This document shows positions 21,161 to 44,308 of a stretch of DNA of 64,000 bases, piece by piece (within the stretch, counting starts at the first letter, position 1; every line of letters begins with the position of its first letter). The position numbers and the translations under genes were made by a program. This DNA is from the human T2T-CHM13v2.0 reference genome, Homo sapiens. The notes beneath the pieces were generated by a model. It made no database searches and was not told where the DNA came from. It saw only the letters and a program-made list of their open reading frames with translations. Where the stretch lies: NCBI RefSeq assembly GCF_009914755.1, contig NC_060940.1, one strand, 5' to 3'.

Positions 21161-21945
21161 CCTCAGAGGGAAACTGGGGTGGGATTGGGGGAGGGCTTTA
21201 GTTTGCATGCATTTCCAGTCAGCTCCGAGTTCTGGTGCCTTATGTAATATCATGTATTACTTATGTGTCGAGCATTTGCTGTGTGCTCAGCTAAACTCTA
21301 AGCCATCATTATCTTTATTTTACAGAAAGGGAAACTGAGGCTCACAGGTTGAGGACTCTCAGGGCCATAGAGTTAGCAGCTTAGATCCGTTGAACCTAGG
21401 TCTGAAGTGCACCCACATCTGTGCTTTTCCAGTGTGCCTTCTGAAGTAATACCGGTTTTGGTTTTCGTCTTCTAGAGTAGAAGCTGAGATTTCTCTCCAC
21501 ACGCTTCCCCATCTTGATTATGCCTCCACTTTTTTTTTCCCCCTAATCTGAGTTGACCTTGAGGCCAGAAACTCATAAATCAACCCTTTTTTTTTGTTTT
21601 TGACTCATGTTTTGTCATTTTTCTTAAATATTCAAGACTGTTTTATTTAATCTTCAAGTCTGTTGCATTACATCTCATTTTAAAAATTATTTTTGAGACC
21701 ATGGTGCAACTAATTTTTTTTTTAAGGAAACAGGATAGACTTCTAAAAATTTAAAACTTTATTGAGGTGTAATGTACATACGTAAATTGTGCCTATCTAA
21801 AATGTACATTTTGATGAGTTTTGAAAAATGTATTCATCCATGTTAAGACATAAACCATTTCCATCATTCTAAAAAGCTTCCTTTCCCTTTGCAGTCATTC
21901 TCTCCCAACCCCAGGCAACTAGTGATATGCAGCCGCTAAAGATTG

Positions 21946-22005
21946 GTTTGAAGCTTTGATTTTCGGTGTGTGTATGTTTGAAGCTTTGATTTTCGGTTTG
22001 TGTGT
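21946..22005. repeat. 30-bp tandem duplication
   Basis: gtttgaagctttgattttcggt(g/t)tgtgt(a/g)t twice. Confidence 0.9.
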
Positions 22006-22291
22006 GATCATTTTATTTTGAGCAATAGATTAATGACTTGTGAAAGTTCACTTCTATTTCTCTGAAGCAAATATACTAGTGAAATATTTTTTCGATTAAT
22101 TTGGGGCCTAAAAGAGAAATCTCTGCATCCTGACTTTTAATTCTAAAAACTTTTAAAATTTAAAAGTTTCCCCCAAAGAACATTATTTTTAATAAATCTT
22201 AATAGTGAACAATAATTTAACAAACTCAGAATTTACTAACTTCTTGCATTTGTATGGTGTATGGCATTTTATGCTTTTAAAAGTGCTTTCC

Positions 22292-23511
<1,220 letters not shown>

Positions 23512-23699
23512 TCAGCCCTTACAGAGAGCATTAATTCAGTCTCAAGTAATAGTTGCTAACCTGTTTCTTTCTTTTTTTTTTTCCTCTGTGAAGATTCCAG
23601 AAGTAACTAACCTGTTTCAACCACATGCTGATATAGCCAGAGACATCACTAATGTGCCAAGGTTTCTCTTGGAGCTTGAGCTGCAGCTCTTTACCTGCA

Positions 23700-24303
<604 letters not shown>

Positions 24304-24552
24304 TAGCTATTCTTATTTATTCTGTTTTCTTGTTCATTCCAAGCCTATTCATTCATTCACTTATTCAAATATTTATTAAGCCTTTACTATGTTCTAGACA
24401 CTGTTCTAGGTGCTGGGGATTTAGTAGTGAATAAACAGCTATGCCCTCATGGAGATTACATGGCACAGGAGGCAGACGATAAGCAGAGTAAATAACTAAA
24501 ATATATACTACATTAGGTAGTGGTAAGTGCTAAGAAGAAAAATAATACAGGG

Positions 24553-24850
24553 GGCTGGACACGGTGGCTTAGGCCTGTAATCCCAGCACTTTGGGAGGCC
24601 GAGGCGGATGGATCATGAGGTCGGGATTGAGACCATCCTGGCCAACATGGTGAAACCCCATCTCTACTAAAAATACAAAAATTAGCTGGGCATGGTGGCA
24701 TGTGCCTGTACTCTCATCTACGTGGGAGGCTGAGGCAGGAGAATCACTTGAACCCAGAAGTTGGAGGTTGCAGCGATCCAAGATTGTGGCACTGAACTCC
24801 AGTCTGGTGATAGAGTGAGACTCCGTCACAAATGAAAAAAAAAAGAAAAA
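24553..24850 (+). mobile_element. Alu in L2
   Basis: TSD aaaaataatacaggg. Confidence 0.88.
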
Positions 24851-25286
24851 TAATACAGGGAAGAGGACTGTGGAATATTTATGTGGTGTGAGGAGGAGGG
24901 TTTGAAATTTTAGCGATGGTGCCGAGATAACTTTATGAAGATGACTAAGTAAAGGCCAGGAGCAAAGTAAAGGAGCTAGCCATGAGGGTATCTGTAGGAA
25001 GAGCATAGAGCATTCCTGGCAGAGGAAACAAGTTCAAAGGCCTTGAGATGGGAGGATGTCTGGTATGTTTGAGGAACAGTCAGGGAGGCCACAGTGGTTG
25101 AATAGTTGCACATGAGATCAGAATGATCAGGGGAGGACAAATCATGTACAACTTCACAGGTTTTAGGAAGGACTTTGGCTTTTATTCTGAGATGGGAAAT
25201 CATTGGAGCAGAAGAGTGACATGATGTGACTTAATGGCGTAATAGGATCGTTCTGACTACATTGTTGTGATAGACTGAAGGAAGAG

Positions 25287-25741
25287 TGTGTCTGGAGTTG
25301 GTTCCTTCCGGTGGGTTTTTGGTCTCTCTGACTTGAAGAATGAAGCCATAGACCTTCGCGGTGAGTGTTATAGCTCTTAAAGGTGGCACAGACCCAAAGA
25401 GTGAGTAGCAGCAAGATTTATTGTGAAGAGTGAAAGAACAAAGTTTCCACAGTGTGGAAAGGGACCAGAGCAGGTTGATGCTGCTGGCTGGGGTGGCCAG
25501 CTTTTATTCCCTTATTTGTCCCCGCCCACATCCTGCTGATTGGTCCATTTTACAGAGTGCCGATTGGTCCATTTTTACAGAGTGCTGATTGGTGCATTTA
25601 CAATCCTTTAGCTAGACACAGAGTGCTGATTGGTGCATTTTTACAGCATACTGATTGGTGCATTTACAATCCTCTAGCTAGACACAAAAGTTTGCCAAGT
25701 CCCCACTCCACCCAGGAAGTCCAGCTGGCTTTGCCTTCTTA
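25287..25741 (-). mobile_element. Solo LTR, LTR12F/ERV9-like (ERV1 class)
   Basis: Tandem GCTGATTGGT(C/G)CATTT(T)ACAGAGT units typical of LTR12; begins TG; flanked by the 4-bp duplication AGAG; inserted in an L2. Confidence 0.85.
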
Positions 25742-26392
25742 AGAGGACAAGGGCAGAATTGAGGAGACCAGTTAGGAGGCTGTTTTAGTAATTAGGCAAG
25801 AGATAGTGGGTTGTACCAGAACAAGTGTCAGATTTTGGATGTGTTGTGATGGAAGAGCCAATAGGATTTAATGATGCGCCAGATTTGGGGAATGAAAGAA
25901 AAATGAGTCAAGGATAACACCAAAGTTTTTGGCTTATGAGTCTTCAAGAGTTGGGTTGCTATTAGATGAGAGAGGGAAGATTTACATTGGTATTCATCCT
26001 TCTCTTTCCAATCTGATGTCACTTTGGGGCCCCTCCTTTAGCAAGAGGTTCCTAATCTTAAGTGTCCTGTGTCTGTAGCTTACCATTTTTTTGATTAATG
26101 ACTGGTTAGAGTATGATACTGGAGTTTGAATGTGGTAGTTTAGAATTAGTAATATAATTGAATTGTCTTTCCCTGGCAGATTAATTTTGCATTGTTTGAA
26201 TCAGTGCATTCATGAGTTGTTGAAATCATGAATGAAAGTAGTACATGTCATTATCTTTCCACCATTTAGTAGTTTAGAAAAATCACATAAAAATGATTGT
26301 AATATCTTATGACATTGATAGAAAATATCAAAGTGCATCTCTCTTATCAAGGGTAAAATTTTGTGAAACTTTGTTCAGTTATATATAATGTC

Positions 26393-27461
<1,069 letters not shown>

Positions 27462-27529
27462 TATATGTGTTTTTAGAAACTGTCACCATAAATGAGAATA
27501 TTACTTTAGGAACCATCTCATAAATGGGA

Positions 27530-28400
27530 TAACATTTTATTAACCCAACAAATATTTGTTAAGTTCTATATAGTAGTAGGCCCTGGTGGTGTATAAAAAT
27601 AAACATAAACATGGAACCCCAGCCTGGGCGACAGAGTGAGATTCTGTCTTAAAAACAAAACAAAGCTGGGTGCAGTGGCTCACGCCTGTAATCCCAGCAC
27701 TTTGGGAAGCCAAGGTGGACAGATCACTTGAGCTCAGGAGTTTGAGACCAGCCTAGGCAACATGGCAAAACCCCATCTCTACAAAAAATACGAAAATTAG
27801 ACGAGCATGGTGGCATGAGCCTGTAGTCCCAGCTCCTCAGGAGGCAGGGGTGGGAGAAGGGCTTGAGGCCAGGACATCGAGGCTGCAGTGAGCCGAGATA
27901 GCACTACTGCACTCCAGCCTGGGTGACAGCGAGACCCTGTCTCCAAACAAACAAAACGAAAATATCCCATGATACTGCCTTCTTGAAGCTACCATTCTAG
28001 AGGAGTCAAAACAAAAACAGACAGATGAAATAATTTTAAATTATGGCACTTTTATGAAGAAAACAAATGAGTTGAGAAAGAAAAATCAGGAAAGATTTAA
28101 TTTAATAAGAGTGATCTGGGAAAGCCTCTGTGAGAAGATAACATTTAATTGAGCTGATGGTCATGAACCTGATTTGGAAAGAATACAGAAAAGAGCATTC
28201 CAGCAGCATTTGAAGTCAAGCAAGAGTTTGGCACATTAGTGGGACTGAAAGAAGCTGTGTCTATAGTGAATGAAGGACAAGAATGGCCAGAGAGCTAGGC
28301 GGGACCCAGGACATGCAAGGTCTGGTAGGTAGTTTGGATTTGATCCAAAAGGTAATAGAAAACCACTGACATGTTTGAAGATGAGGGATGACATTGAAGC
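27530..28400 (-). mobile_element. L2 fragment with Alu insertions
   Basis: caacaaatatttgttaag ... gaaagcctctgtgagaagataacattt ... gagcattccag. Confidence 0.5.
27618..27960 (+). mobile_element. Alu 3' fragment plus full Alu
   Basis: ccagcctgggcgacagagtgag fragment followed by a dimer. Confidence 0.85.
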
Positions 28401-28406
28401 AATTTA

Positions 28407-28640
28407 CAGACAGTCCCTGACTTACTAGGGCTTGACTTAAAATTTTTTGACTTTACCATGGTGTGAAAGTGATATGTGAGTACTCATACAAGCATTCTGT
28501 TTTTCACTTTCAGTATGGTATTCAATAAATTACATGAAATAGTCAGCACTTTATTGTAAGATAGGCTTCATGTTAGATGATTTTGCCCAACTGTAGGCTA
28601 ACGTAAATGTTCTGAACACATTTAAGTTAGGGTAGGCTAA
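28407..28640 (-). mobile_element. TcMar-Tigger remnant (MER47A/Tigger5-like)
   Basis: cagacagtccctgacttac terminus after TA; internal gttagatgattttgcccaactgtaggctaa recognised by eye. Confidence 0.7.
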
Positions 28641-28968
28641 ACTCTTTCAATCCCAATAATTTGTTTGAATACTACATCTTCCGTGCATATACTTATATGT
28701 GCAAACATGTATATACTTATATATACAAATATGTACAAATATATACAGAAATAGAGTCATAGTATTCTATTAGTTGATTTGCCCTCGTAGTCGTCATAGT
28801 ATTTATTGAGTGCTTATTATTCTAAGTGCTTTACATGTAATTTCTCTTTTAAGCCTCCCAACAACCTGTTTTAGAGGTGAGAAAACAGGAGCAGAGGAGT
28901 AACTTTCACAGAGTCATAAAGTTAGGTGGCACAGGTGAGATTTGAAATCAAGCACTGTGACCCTATAG

Positions 28969-29271
<303 letters not shown>

Positions 29272-29935
29272 TGTGGCCTGTACTCTTAACCGTACCCTAG
29301 GATCTGCCTCAATGTTTTTCATGGCTGCAGAGTATGGAATTAGGTCTGTTTTATAGCTTTGTTCACATTTTAAATATAATTTGGAAGGATTGGGAATGTG
29401 GTATAGGGAAGTTAGAACAGATACCCCTTTCCTGGAACCTAGGTAATTTTTTTCATTTTTTAAGTAGGTCAAACAGGTATATAGTAAAAAGCCACCATCC
29501 CCTCTGCCCAGTTTCACTGCCTCCTAAAGTTAACTCCCATTGTTTGTGTATCCCTCTAGTTTCTTTTTGCCTGTACAAGCCAAAGTGAATGTAGTTTCTC
29601 TTTTTTTACACAAAAGATAACATACTATGCACACTCATCTGTGTCTTGCCTTTTTCACTTAACTGTGTATCTCAGGGATCTTTCCATAGCAATAACTGGC
29701 ATCCCTCCTCCTCCTTCACCACAGCTGCATAGGATTTATTATATGGATCATTATTTAAGCAGTATCCTATTGATAAACATTTGGGTTTTTCAATATTTTG
29801 CTGTCACATTTTTTTCTCTAAATCAACTTAATTGAAATCAAATGTAGGGACAATAAAATGTACAGATTTTGAATGTAGAGTTCAGTGAGTTTTGACAAAT
29901 GTCTCATCTGTATAATCACCATCACAATCAATATA

Positions 29936-30250
29936 CGGTCATGGGTCACTTCACAATGAGGGTGCATTCTGAGAACTGCATCATTAGTTGATTTTACCCC
30001 TTCACAAACATCATAGAGTATATTTACACAAACCTAGGTAGTATAGCCTGCTACACACCTTAGCTGTACGGTATAGTCTCTTGTTCCTAGGCTATAAACC
30101 TGTACAAACCTGTAGGCAGTTGTGACACAGTAACAAGTATTTGTGCATCTAAACATAGAAAAGGTGCAATAAAAATATGGTATTATAATCTTATGGGACC
30201 ACCATCATATATATGGTCCATTGTTGACCATATTATGTGGCACATAACTG
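29936..30250 (-). mobile_element. TcMar-Tigger element (Tigger3a/MER7-like) inserted in L1
   Basis: Degenerate TIRs (cggtcatg ... cataactg) with TA on both sides; internal tattataatcttatgggaccacc. Confidence 0.75.
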
Positions 30251-30757
30251 TAGAACATTTCTACCAGTGTTGTCCCCATACACACTCATTTTATTTCTAA
30301 CACTATAGTACGTACTCTTCTGTCTAGCTTCTTTTGCTCAGTATATCTGTGAGATTCATCTATTTTTTCTGTGTTATCAGTGATTTGTAACTTATGATTT
30401 CATTGTGTGAACATACCAAAATTTGTTTATCCATTCACTTGTTGATTGACATTTGGGTTGTCTCCAGTTTGGGGCTGTTATGAATAAAACTGCTAGGAAC
30501 TGTCATGTACAAATCTTTGTGTGGACATATGATTTTATTCCTCCTGGGCAAATACCTAGTAGTAAAATTGCTAGGAGTGAGATTACTAGGTTATATGTCT
30601 GTTTAACTTTTTAAGCAACTGCCAGAGCATTTTCCAAAGTGTTTATATAATTTTATACTCCCACCACAATGTAGGTTTTCCAGTTTCTTCACATCTTCAT
30701 TGATACATTGTATTTGTCAGTTATTTTACTTTTAACCATTCTAATGGGTGTGTGGTT

Positions 30758-31057
<300 letters not shown>

Positions 31058-31249
31058 TCATTGTAATGGGTGTGTAATGGTATATAATTGTGGTTTTAAC
31101 TTGCATTTTCCTGATGACTAATGATGTTGTATCTTTCCATGGGCTTATTGGCCATTTATATATGCCTTTTTATGAAGTATCTGGTCTTGCCCTTTGTAAA
31201 ATTGGGTTGTTTGTTATTTTTGACTTGAAAGCATTTTTTTCTAGTGGCT

Positions 31250-31480
31250 GGGTATTAGCTTTGGGGTCCAAGTGTCTGGTTGAGCTTTCTACTTTACCAC
31301 TTAATAGTTGTGGAACCTTGTGGAAATAAGCTCTGTAAAGGCCCTTTTCCCTCTGTAAAATGGAGATAATAGCACATACTTCACAGGGTAGTTGTGGTTG
31401 TGACAAGTAATTTAAATAATGCATATATAGACTTATTATGGCATACTACCTGGCTTAAAGAGCTCAATAAGTGTTAGTGA
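31250..31480 (+). mobile_element. MIR
   Basis: ctgtaaaatggagataatagca...cacagggtagttgtg...gctcaataagtgttag. Confidence 0.6.
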
Positions 31481-31809
31481 TTATTTTTGTTTTTAATACA
31501 AAATTGCATTTAATACAAAATTGCATTGTTTCCTGCAGCATCTTTTGAGTACCAAGTGGCAAGTGCTTTGAAGGATTGAAAGGTAAATTAGATGACTTGG
31601 ATTTGCAGGGAAGATCTGTGCCCAAGTAATTCTTGTGTGAGGTATAGAGTGGCCTTGCCTGAGAATGCAGGCTCTATTTGGTACAATCCCAGGGTATTTC
31701 TTGAAAGCTTTGGCATTTGACTAATAATTCCTACTGTACTTCTCCAAGGCTGGTCAAAAGAAAGTTGATTGTTGCCTGTCCAGTGGAATTAACATTATAA
31801 TTAAATTTA

Positions 31810-32113
<304 letters not shown>

Positions 32114-33769
32114 TAACATTATAATTTTATAGAAAGAATGCTCTCTGCCAAGAGTGGTTCCAAGTGGTTAGTTCTAGGGAAGGTGAGAAATAAGATGAGG
32201 CAGAATTTAACCTCTATCACTGCCCAGGTGAGGTGACCTGATCAAGGAATCTACTTTCATTTATTTATTCATTTTGCCCGGGGGCATGGCATGCACTCAC
32301 ATGTGTGTTCGCGCTTGTGAGCAGTGTGTGTGCTCACTCCCAGCTCCCATTATGTTCCAGGCACCATGCTGTGTTCTAAAACAGCCATGAATGGGACAGG
32401 CGTGGTCTCTGTTCCCGATGGAGTTTATCTAGTCTGATGGAGAAGAAAGATATTAAATAAATAATTGCAATTGTGATACATAAATATCATGAAGGTACAT
32501 ATGGCATTGTGAGAATCAGTGCAGTGGGACCCCGTCTGGGGGGATAAGGATGTCAAGTTATGTTTGGATCTGCAGACCTGAACTTCAGACCCTGCCAAGG
32601 TTACACCATTCCTGGCAGCCAGCTGGTTTGCCTCTCTTAGGTGACAGCCTTTTCTTATCAGGCTCATTCTAACCCAAATGCAAATACCTATAGACCTGCA
32701 CCGTTTCCTCCTGTTCACCCCCCAGGTCTGTTATCTTTCTCTGCCCTGCAGACTGTTTTTTAGGAAGTAGTTTTTGTCTTCTCTAAAATTTTAACCTCCA
32801 TGTTTTATTTTGATGAGGTAATGTGTTTGGCTAGAGGACCCCCTTTTCATCACTAGGCCTAATTTTGCACTTCCTCAATCTTAATGTTTCTAGATTTCAT
32901 TTTCCAAGTCAGGTGATCTCTAGTATATCTCCATTGTTATATTTTTATTACATCACTATGGAATTTCCACCTACAGATAATTTGTGTAATTTTTTTTCCA
33001 ACAAGATTTTTATTCTGTAACTGCCATTCTTCACATTCTCCTCTATTCTGCCCATCAGTCCCCTATTTCCATAGAATTAGTAATCTGGAAGTATTATTTT
33101 CCATAAGGAATTTGTCCTCTTCTTTGTTGAAACATAGATTTTCTGTCTGCTCTCCAAAAATACTTAGTAAAGTAAATGAACTTAAGGAAAAGTCAGTAGA
33201 TTTCCCCTACTATCACATATTCTTTGGACAGTTGAACTGGATAAAATTTTTCACAAGAGGACATTACACAATTTCCTTTGTAGCTGTAAAGTATTTCACT
33301 TGATTATTATTGCTTGATTTAGACAGAAATGAATAGATCACAATCATTGTTTCATCTTTTTTGGCAGTTTATAATTTCGGTTGCAGTATAGTTTATTTGA
33401 AACATTTCATTTGTAATATTGTGTAACTGCGTACATAATATTAATATTAAGTAGACAAAGAGTCCATTAGTGTTAAAGTACAAAGGCTATTCAGGTTGGA
33501 AGAATGTTTTTTTGCAAATTCACAAGAGGTTTAAATACAAAGCAAATCCTAGAAAAAAATGGGAAATATCTACTGTCTTACTAGGTTTACTTAATAAAAA
33601 GTAGGGAGGAATTTTTGAGTGTCTAGTAGATTTGAATAGTACAGACAACTAATCTAGACTACTGAGCATAACCCCCCCAATACACTTCTATCTTGTTTTG
33701 TTAGGATTCAGACAAAAGCACATTTTTAGTTTATATTAATTATAGATATATAAACCTAACTTTACTCTT

Positions 33770-37642
<3,873 letters not shown>

Positions 37643-38689
37643 TTACTTCTCTTTGATTTATTTCTTAAAGAGAAAGCAAGATGGTTTAATTTGTAGTCAA
37701 GAGTCATTTCTTCTTGATTACAGTGCTCATTATGCAAATTTCATCTACCTGTTGATACAGAAATGGTACCCTGCCACTTCCCTGGACATTTATTCCAGAC
37801 AGAAAAATTCCTGTGCAACCCTCACCTAGATGTCTGCCAGCAGTTGATCTCTCTGCCTTCTTAAAAAGTTATGTAAACTCTTATCTAGAATATCTGGGGT
37901 TTTTAGTTCAACTGACTGGACATATACAGTATAGAAACTCATTTTTTTTCAGTGGGTTTGATAATATTCTCAACTCTAGATCAAGAACTTCCCATTACTT
38001 AACCTGTCTTTGATGATCCTGAAAGTTCCCTAGATGGGAAATAGATCTGGCAGTATGTCAGGGTCACTAATTTTCCCTGGATAGTATTAAAATATATAGA
38101 AGGTTTGCTACTTTTCCTGGCCCTGGATAATCTGTCTGAAAAGAGTTTGTGTGAATGAAGTTTTCACGTATTTGCTCTTCATGTCATCCTGTAGGCTCAG
38201 AATGAACAATACAGGGAGATTCATTTTGCTTATCTATAGTTTCTAAATTTTTGGTAATGAAAATTATTACTTTTGTAAAGAAAGTTATAAAAATACTAAC
38301 AATTAAATATAAAAATGCAGGGTGCTTGGATCTCAAGAAAATAGGAGCTTACTGTGATTAAAAGTCAGACTGCATATAATAATTAGTTATAATTAATAAT
38401 GCTTTTTCTTTCTTTGTTTACATGAAATCTTTCAGAAAATAATAATGCTTTTTCAAAGATTGAATTTTTGGTAAATGTTTATATTTTGGCTAGCTTAAGT
38501 TTTCCCCTTTCTCTGCCTCTCATTTCTAGAGTCACCAGAAGGAAAATGTAAAACATTTTTTAAATGGCTCTTTCCCTGTAAATCATCCAGCACACACACT
38601 GCATTTTTTCTAGTTTCAGGCATAAAGGGAAACCTGGCTCAGATAAGAATGATCCTTGCTGCATGCTCAGCGGCTCATATATCTTTCTT

Positions 38690-39425
38690 TTTAAATTATT
38701 ATTTTTTACTTTTTAATATTTATGTATTTTTAATTTTTTTAGTGACAGGGTCTCCGTTGCCCAGGCTGCAGTGCAGTGGCGCCATGCCTTGAATTCCTTG
38801 GCTTCTGGATGATCCTCCTAATTCAGCTTCCTGAGTAGCCAGGACTACAGGCCACCATGCCTGGATAATTTTTTAATTTTTAAAATTTTTTTTGTGGAGA
38901 ACAAGGTCTTGCTTGGTTGCCCAGGTTGGTCTTGAATTCCTGGCCTCAAGCAATCTTCCTGCCTTGGCCTCCCAAAGTGTTGGGATTACAGGTGTGAGCC
39001 ACTGTGCCTAGCTATCCTTTTTTTTTTTTTTTTTTAAATTCTGAGAGTCTCTAGCTCAAACACAAGTTAGCAGGTTAAGGACTACTCCAAGTTCTGGCAG
39101 AGCTAATTTTTACTACTTGGTCTTCAAAAAATAGAGGCTTTTTTAAAAATTTTTTTTGTGACAGAGCTTCACTGTATTGCCCAGGCTGGAGTGCAGTGGT
39201 GCGATTGTGGCTCACTGAAAACTTCGCCTCCCGGGTTCAAGTGGTTTTCCCGAATAGTTGGGATTACAGGTGAGCGCCAGCATACCCAGCTAATTTTTGT
39301 ACTTTTAGTAGAGACAGGGTTTCACCACGTTGGCCAGGCTGGTCTCAAACTCCTGGCCTCAAGTGATCCGCCCTCTTCAGCCTCCCAAAGTGTTGGGATT
39401 ACAGGCGTGAGCCATGGCACTTGGT
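38690..39425 (-). mobile_element. Two antisense Alus (~38690-39012, ~39140-39425) inside the EMC3 pseudogene 3' part
   Basis: The second separates KKELQ from SIF* of the pseudogene. Confidence 0.85.
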
Positions 39426-39763
39426 CTTGTAACTCCTTTTTGAACATAACTTCAAAGTGAAGGCCTTTGCCCATGAGCTCTTTGACATCATCTGGTGTCC
39501 ACTGGTGACCCATCAGCTCCAGAACTTTCTACTTTGTCTTGGAAGCTTTGCTGGTTTCTGTGGGCATGGCCATGGCTGCTCTGGTCATCTGCTCCTGCCT
39601 CATTTCTTATTGGTCAGTTGCCATTATCTTGGCCTAGAATCACAGTAAATTCTCTGAAGCCCAAATACGTTGAGGAAATACCAGGATGCAGAGCTCATTC
39701 AGGGTGGATCTAATGTGAGTAGTTTGATAACTTGCTGCAGCATAGGCTTAAAACCAGAGGGTC

Positions 39764-40264
<501 letters not shown>

Positions 40265-41872
40265 TCAAGAAAAAGACTTTTTGGGAATGTAATTTCCATT
40301 TTCACTGAAGGCTCTGCTTCAAATTAGGACTTAACTGTCAGATACTTGCTCCTGGGTGAGCTTCTTGTCGCTCTGTACCAGGATGAACATGTAGTGGCAG
40401 ATCATATCTGAGAAGAAGCAGATGATAAACATGGGCGGGACCATCCAGTGGCTGACGCTGGAGTTGGACAGTAGCTCCTACCCTCTGTCTTCACTGAGAG
40501 CTGGTCTGGCTTCTCCTGGGGTGCCGGGGCTCTTTGGGTTTTCGTCGAGGCCTTCGTATGCTCCTCAGCCTGGGCATTATCTTGGCCTAAGACTGGCCAG
40601 GACCCTGCTATAGCCTCGGGCCTAGTGCAGTGATTCCAACTCCTCCAGCTGGGCTGCCAGTGGCCCATGGCAGCCCTGCATCCATTTGATTTTCGCTAAC
40701 TCTATCTGGAGACTATAGAGTTCTAAACAGAAACCAAAAGCTCCCTGACGTCTTTTTGCTTGTTCTAAGCCATCTCTATTAAGACCATATTTTAGAGTGA
40801 AAGTTATTAAACCATAGAATTTTGTTTGATCACTCTGACCCCCACTTGCTTCAGTGAAAAAAAAAAAGAAGCAGGCTACAAAACATTATGTACTACATGA
40901 ATTCACTTTGTGAGAACACAAAAAACTTTTATTTATCACTGCCTACCACACAAAATAGTAAGGATTCAATAAAAAATTGTAGACTAATGGCTGAAATGAT
41001 TGAAAGAATACACAGGAAAAATGAAGTTTTATGCACCAAATTGTTAACTGGACTTATTTCTGTTCCAGGACTCTAGTTGATTATTCTTTTTTCCAAATTT
41101 ACCACAGCGAATATATAACTTTTACTTAATATTTTAAAAAAGTGTTGTGCTTTCTCTTGTTTATAAGTGGTGAGAGACTGATGAAAGTGAAAGTACTTGT
41201 AGAAAGAACTGTGTAGCAAGTCAAAAATTCAGTCATTCCCTGAAATGTTGTAATCTATGAAGGAGTTTTATTGTCCTTTTACTCTGAAAGGCAACACAAT
41301 AGTTGGGTTGTGTCAAAAGGAAAAAATATCATCCATAGTTTAGGTGTATAGAACAAATTGGGACATAATTCCAGAACTGATGACTTAGTTCCACAACAAA
41401 GAACAGTTTCACATATAATAACCTGAGAGTTTCAGATATAATAACAAGTGAATCGTGGCTGTCTTACTCTTGCTGTAAAATAGCATTCTTAAATACTGGG
41501 ATGTGAGACCCACTCACTGGGTGGAGACCTTTTAGGAGATAAAAATAGAAGTTATCCTTATCCTCAGGGAGCTCATAGGCTGGTGACTATGACTGGGAAG
41601 TAACACTTACAGTTTTTATACTTCAATTGAATTAACATTTATTTAAAATAGGAATGATAATTTATTCCTGCTGAAATGGTTGTTATAAAAAGTAAAAAGC
41701 ATTAATATTTCAAAAATACAAATTTTGATATATTAAATAATATAAATTCTAAATTTGCTAATTTAAGTAAATGTTTTTTGAGTATTTAAGTCAAGGACTG
41801 TGCTAAATATAATTTTACAAAATGGTTAATTTTCTGAGTAAGTAATGCTTTATTTGGTAAAACAGTTTCAGA

Positions 41873-42200
<328 letters not shown>

Positions 42201-42473
42201 CTATCTCCCAGCCACTAGGTTCTTTCACCATTTTCAGAGAGATTTTATGCATGGGTATAAATATGCATATATATATCTTCATTTAAAAATTGTAGATGGT
42301 ATTATATTATGCTCTTCTGGAGTGCAAAGTGTTTTATATGCTTATCTCATTTAATATGTACAATAGTTGTCAAGACAGGTACTCTTATTAATATTTCCAT
42401 TTTACAACTAAGGAACTAAAGACATCTCAATTTTTTAATAACTTGTGCAGGGTCACATAGCTGATAGTTATAG

Positions 42474-43240
<767 letters not shown>

Positions 43241-43340
43241 TTTCTATTAAAGGGAGAAAGGAAGAAGGGGGTATGGGAAAGTAACTTGTTGGTTTGCTTT
43301 TCAGAGAACCCTCGGTTCAGTAAATATCTTTTCCTTGTAG

Positions 43341-43469
43341 CACCCTGGAGGAGAAGAGGTTCTGCTGGAACAAGCTGGTGTAGATGCAAGTGAAAGCTTT
43401 GAAGATGTAGGACACTCTTCTGATGCCAGAGAAATGCTAAAGCAGTACTACATTGGTGATATCCATCCG
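43341..43469 (+). CDS. CYB5B: CYB5B exon 2 ([43 protein letters not shown])
   Basis: Acceptor cttttccttgtag|CAC, donor CCG|gtaaga; 129 nt; contains both heme-ligating histidines. Confidence 0.98.
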
Positions 43470-43516
43470 GTAAGAACTATCAGAGATGGGAGCCCTTATG
43501 CAGAGAAAACTACTTA

Positions 43517-43852
<336 letters not shown>

Positions 43853-44308
43853 TTATTAAAATGGAAATTCATTCAATCTAGCCATCAGGCTAAATTTTCT
43901 CCAAAATTGTCTAGTCTTACTGTGCTAGGATATAGCTTCTTCTTTGCCAGGTAGCACATGTAATATCTCTAAAAAGCTAAGGGAACTGATTCTGGATTAT
44001 TTTTATGTGTTGATTTATTTTTGTAATGCAGTTAATAACACCTTTACCTAAAATAGTGGTTTGCTTGTTTTTGCAAGCTCCTTGCTAAAGGTAGTAATTA
44101 TGGACTTTAAAAACTATCCATATATACCATTCTAACAAGGGACTCTGATATGCTCAGAGTAGAGGTATCTTTCTATGGATCCTCAAATCTCCCAGGGAAT
44201 TCACTATCACCAGAATATAGTCTCATGTTCCAAAGTTAGAAACAAGCATATAGTGAGAATTCATTTGGCTATGTCTTAAAATATTATTTGTTTTCCTTTT
44301 TTTGACAG

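Larger units (their letters stand above)
24340..25990 (-). mobile_element. L2 element split by an Alu and the LTR12F-like LTR
   Basis: attcattcac...ttcaaatatttattaagc 3' end and gactttggcttttattctgag...gagcagaagagtgacatgat body. Confidence 0.7.

Noticed and set aside
25530-25690. Repeated GCTGATTGG units as a CRISPR-like or novel array
   Set aside because: They are the internal tandem CCAAT units of an LTR12-family LTR in eukaryotic DNA, with no unique spacers.
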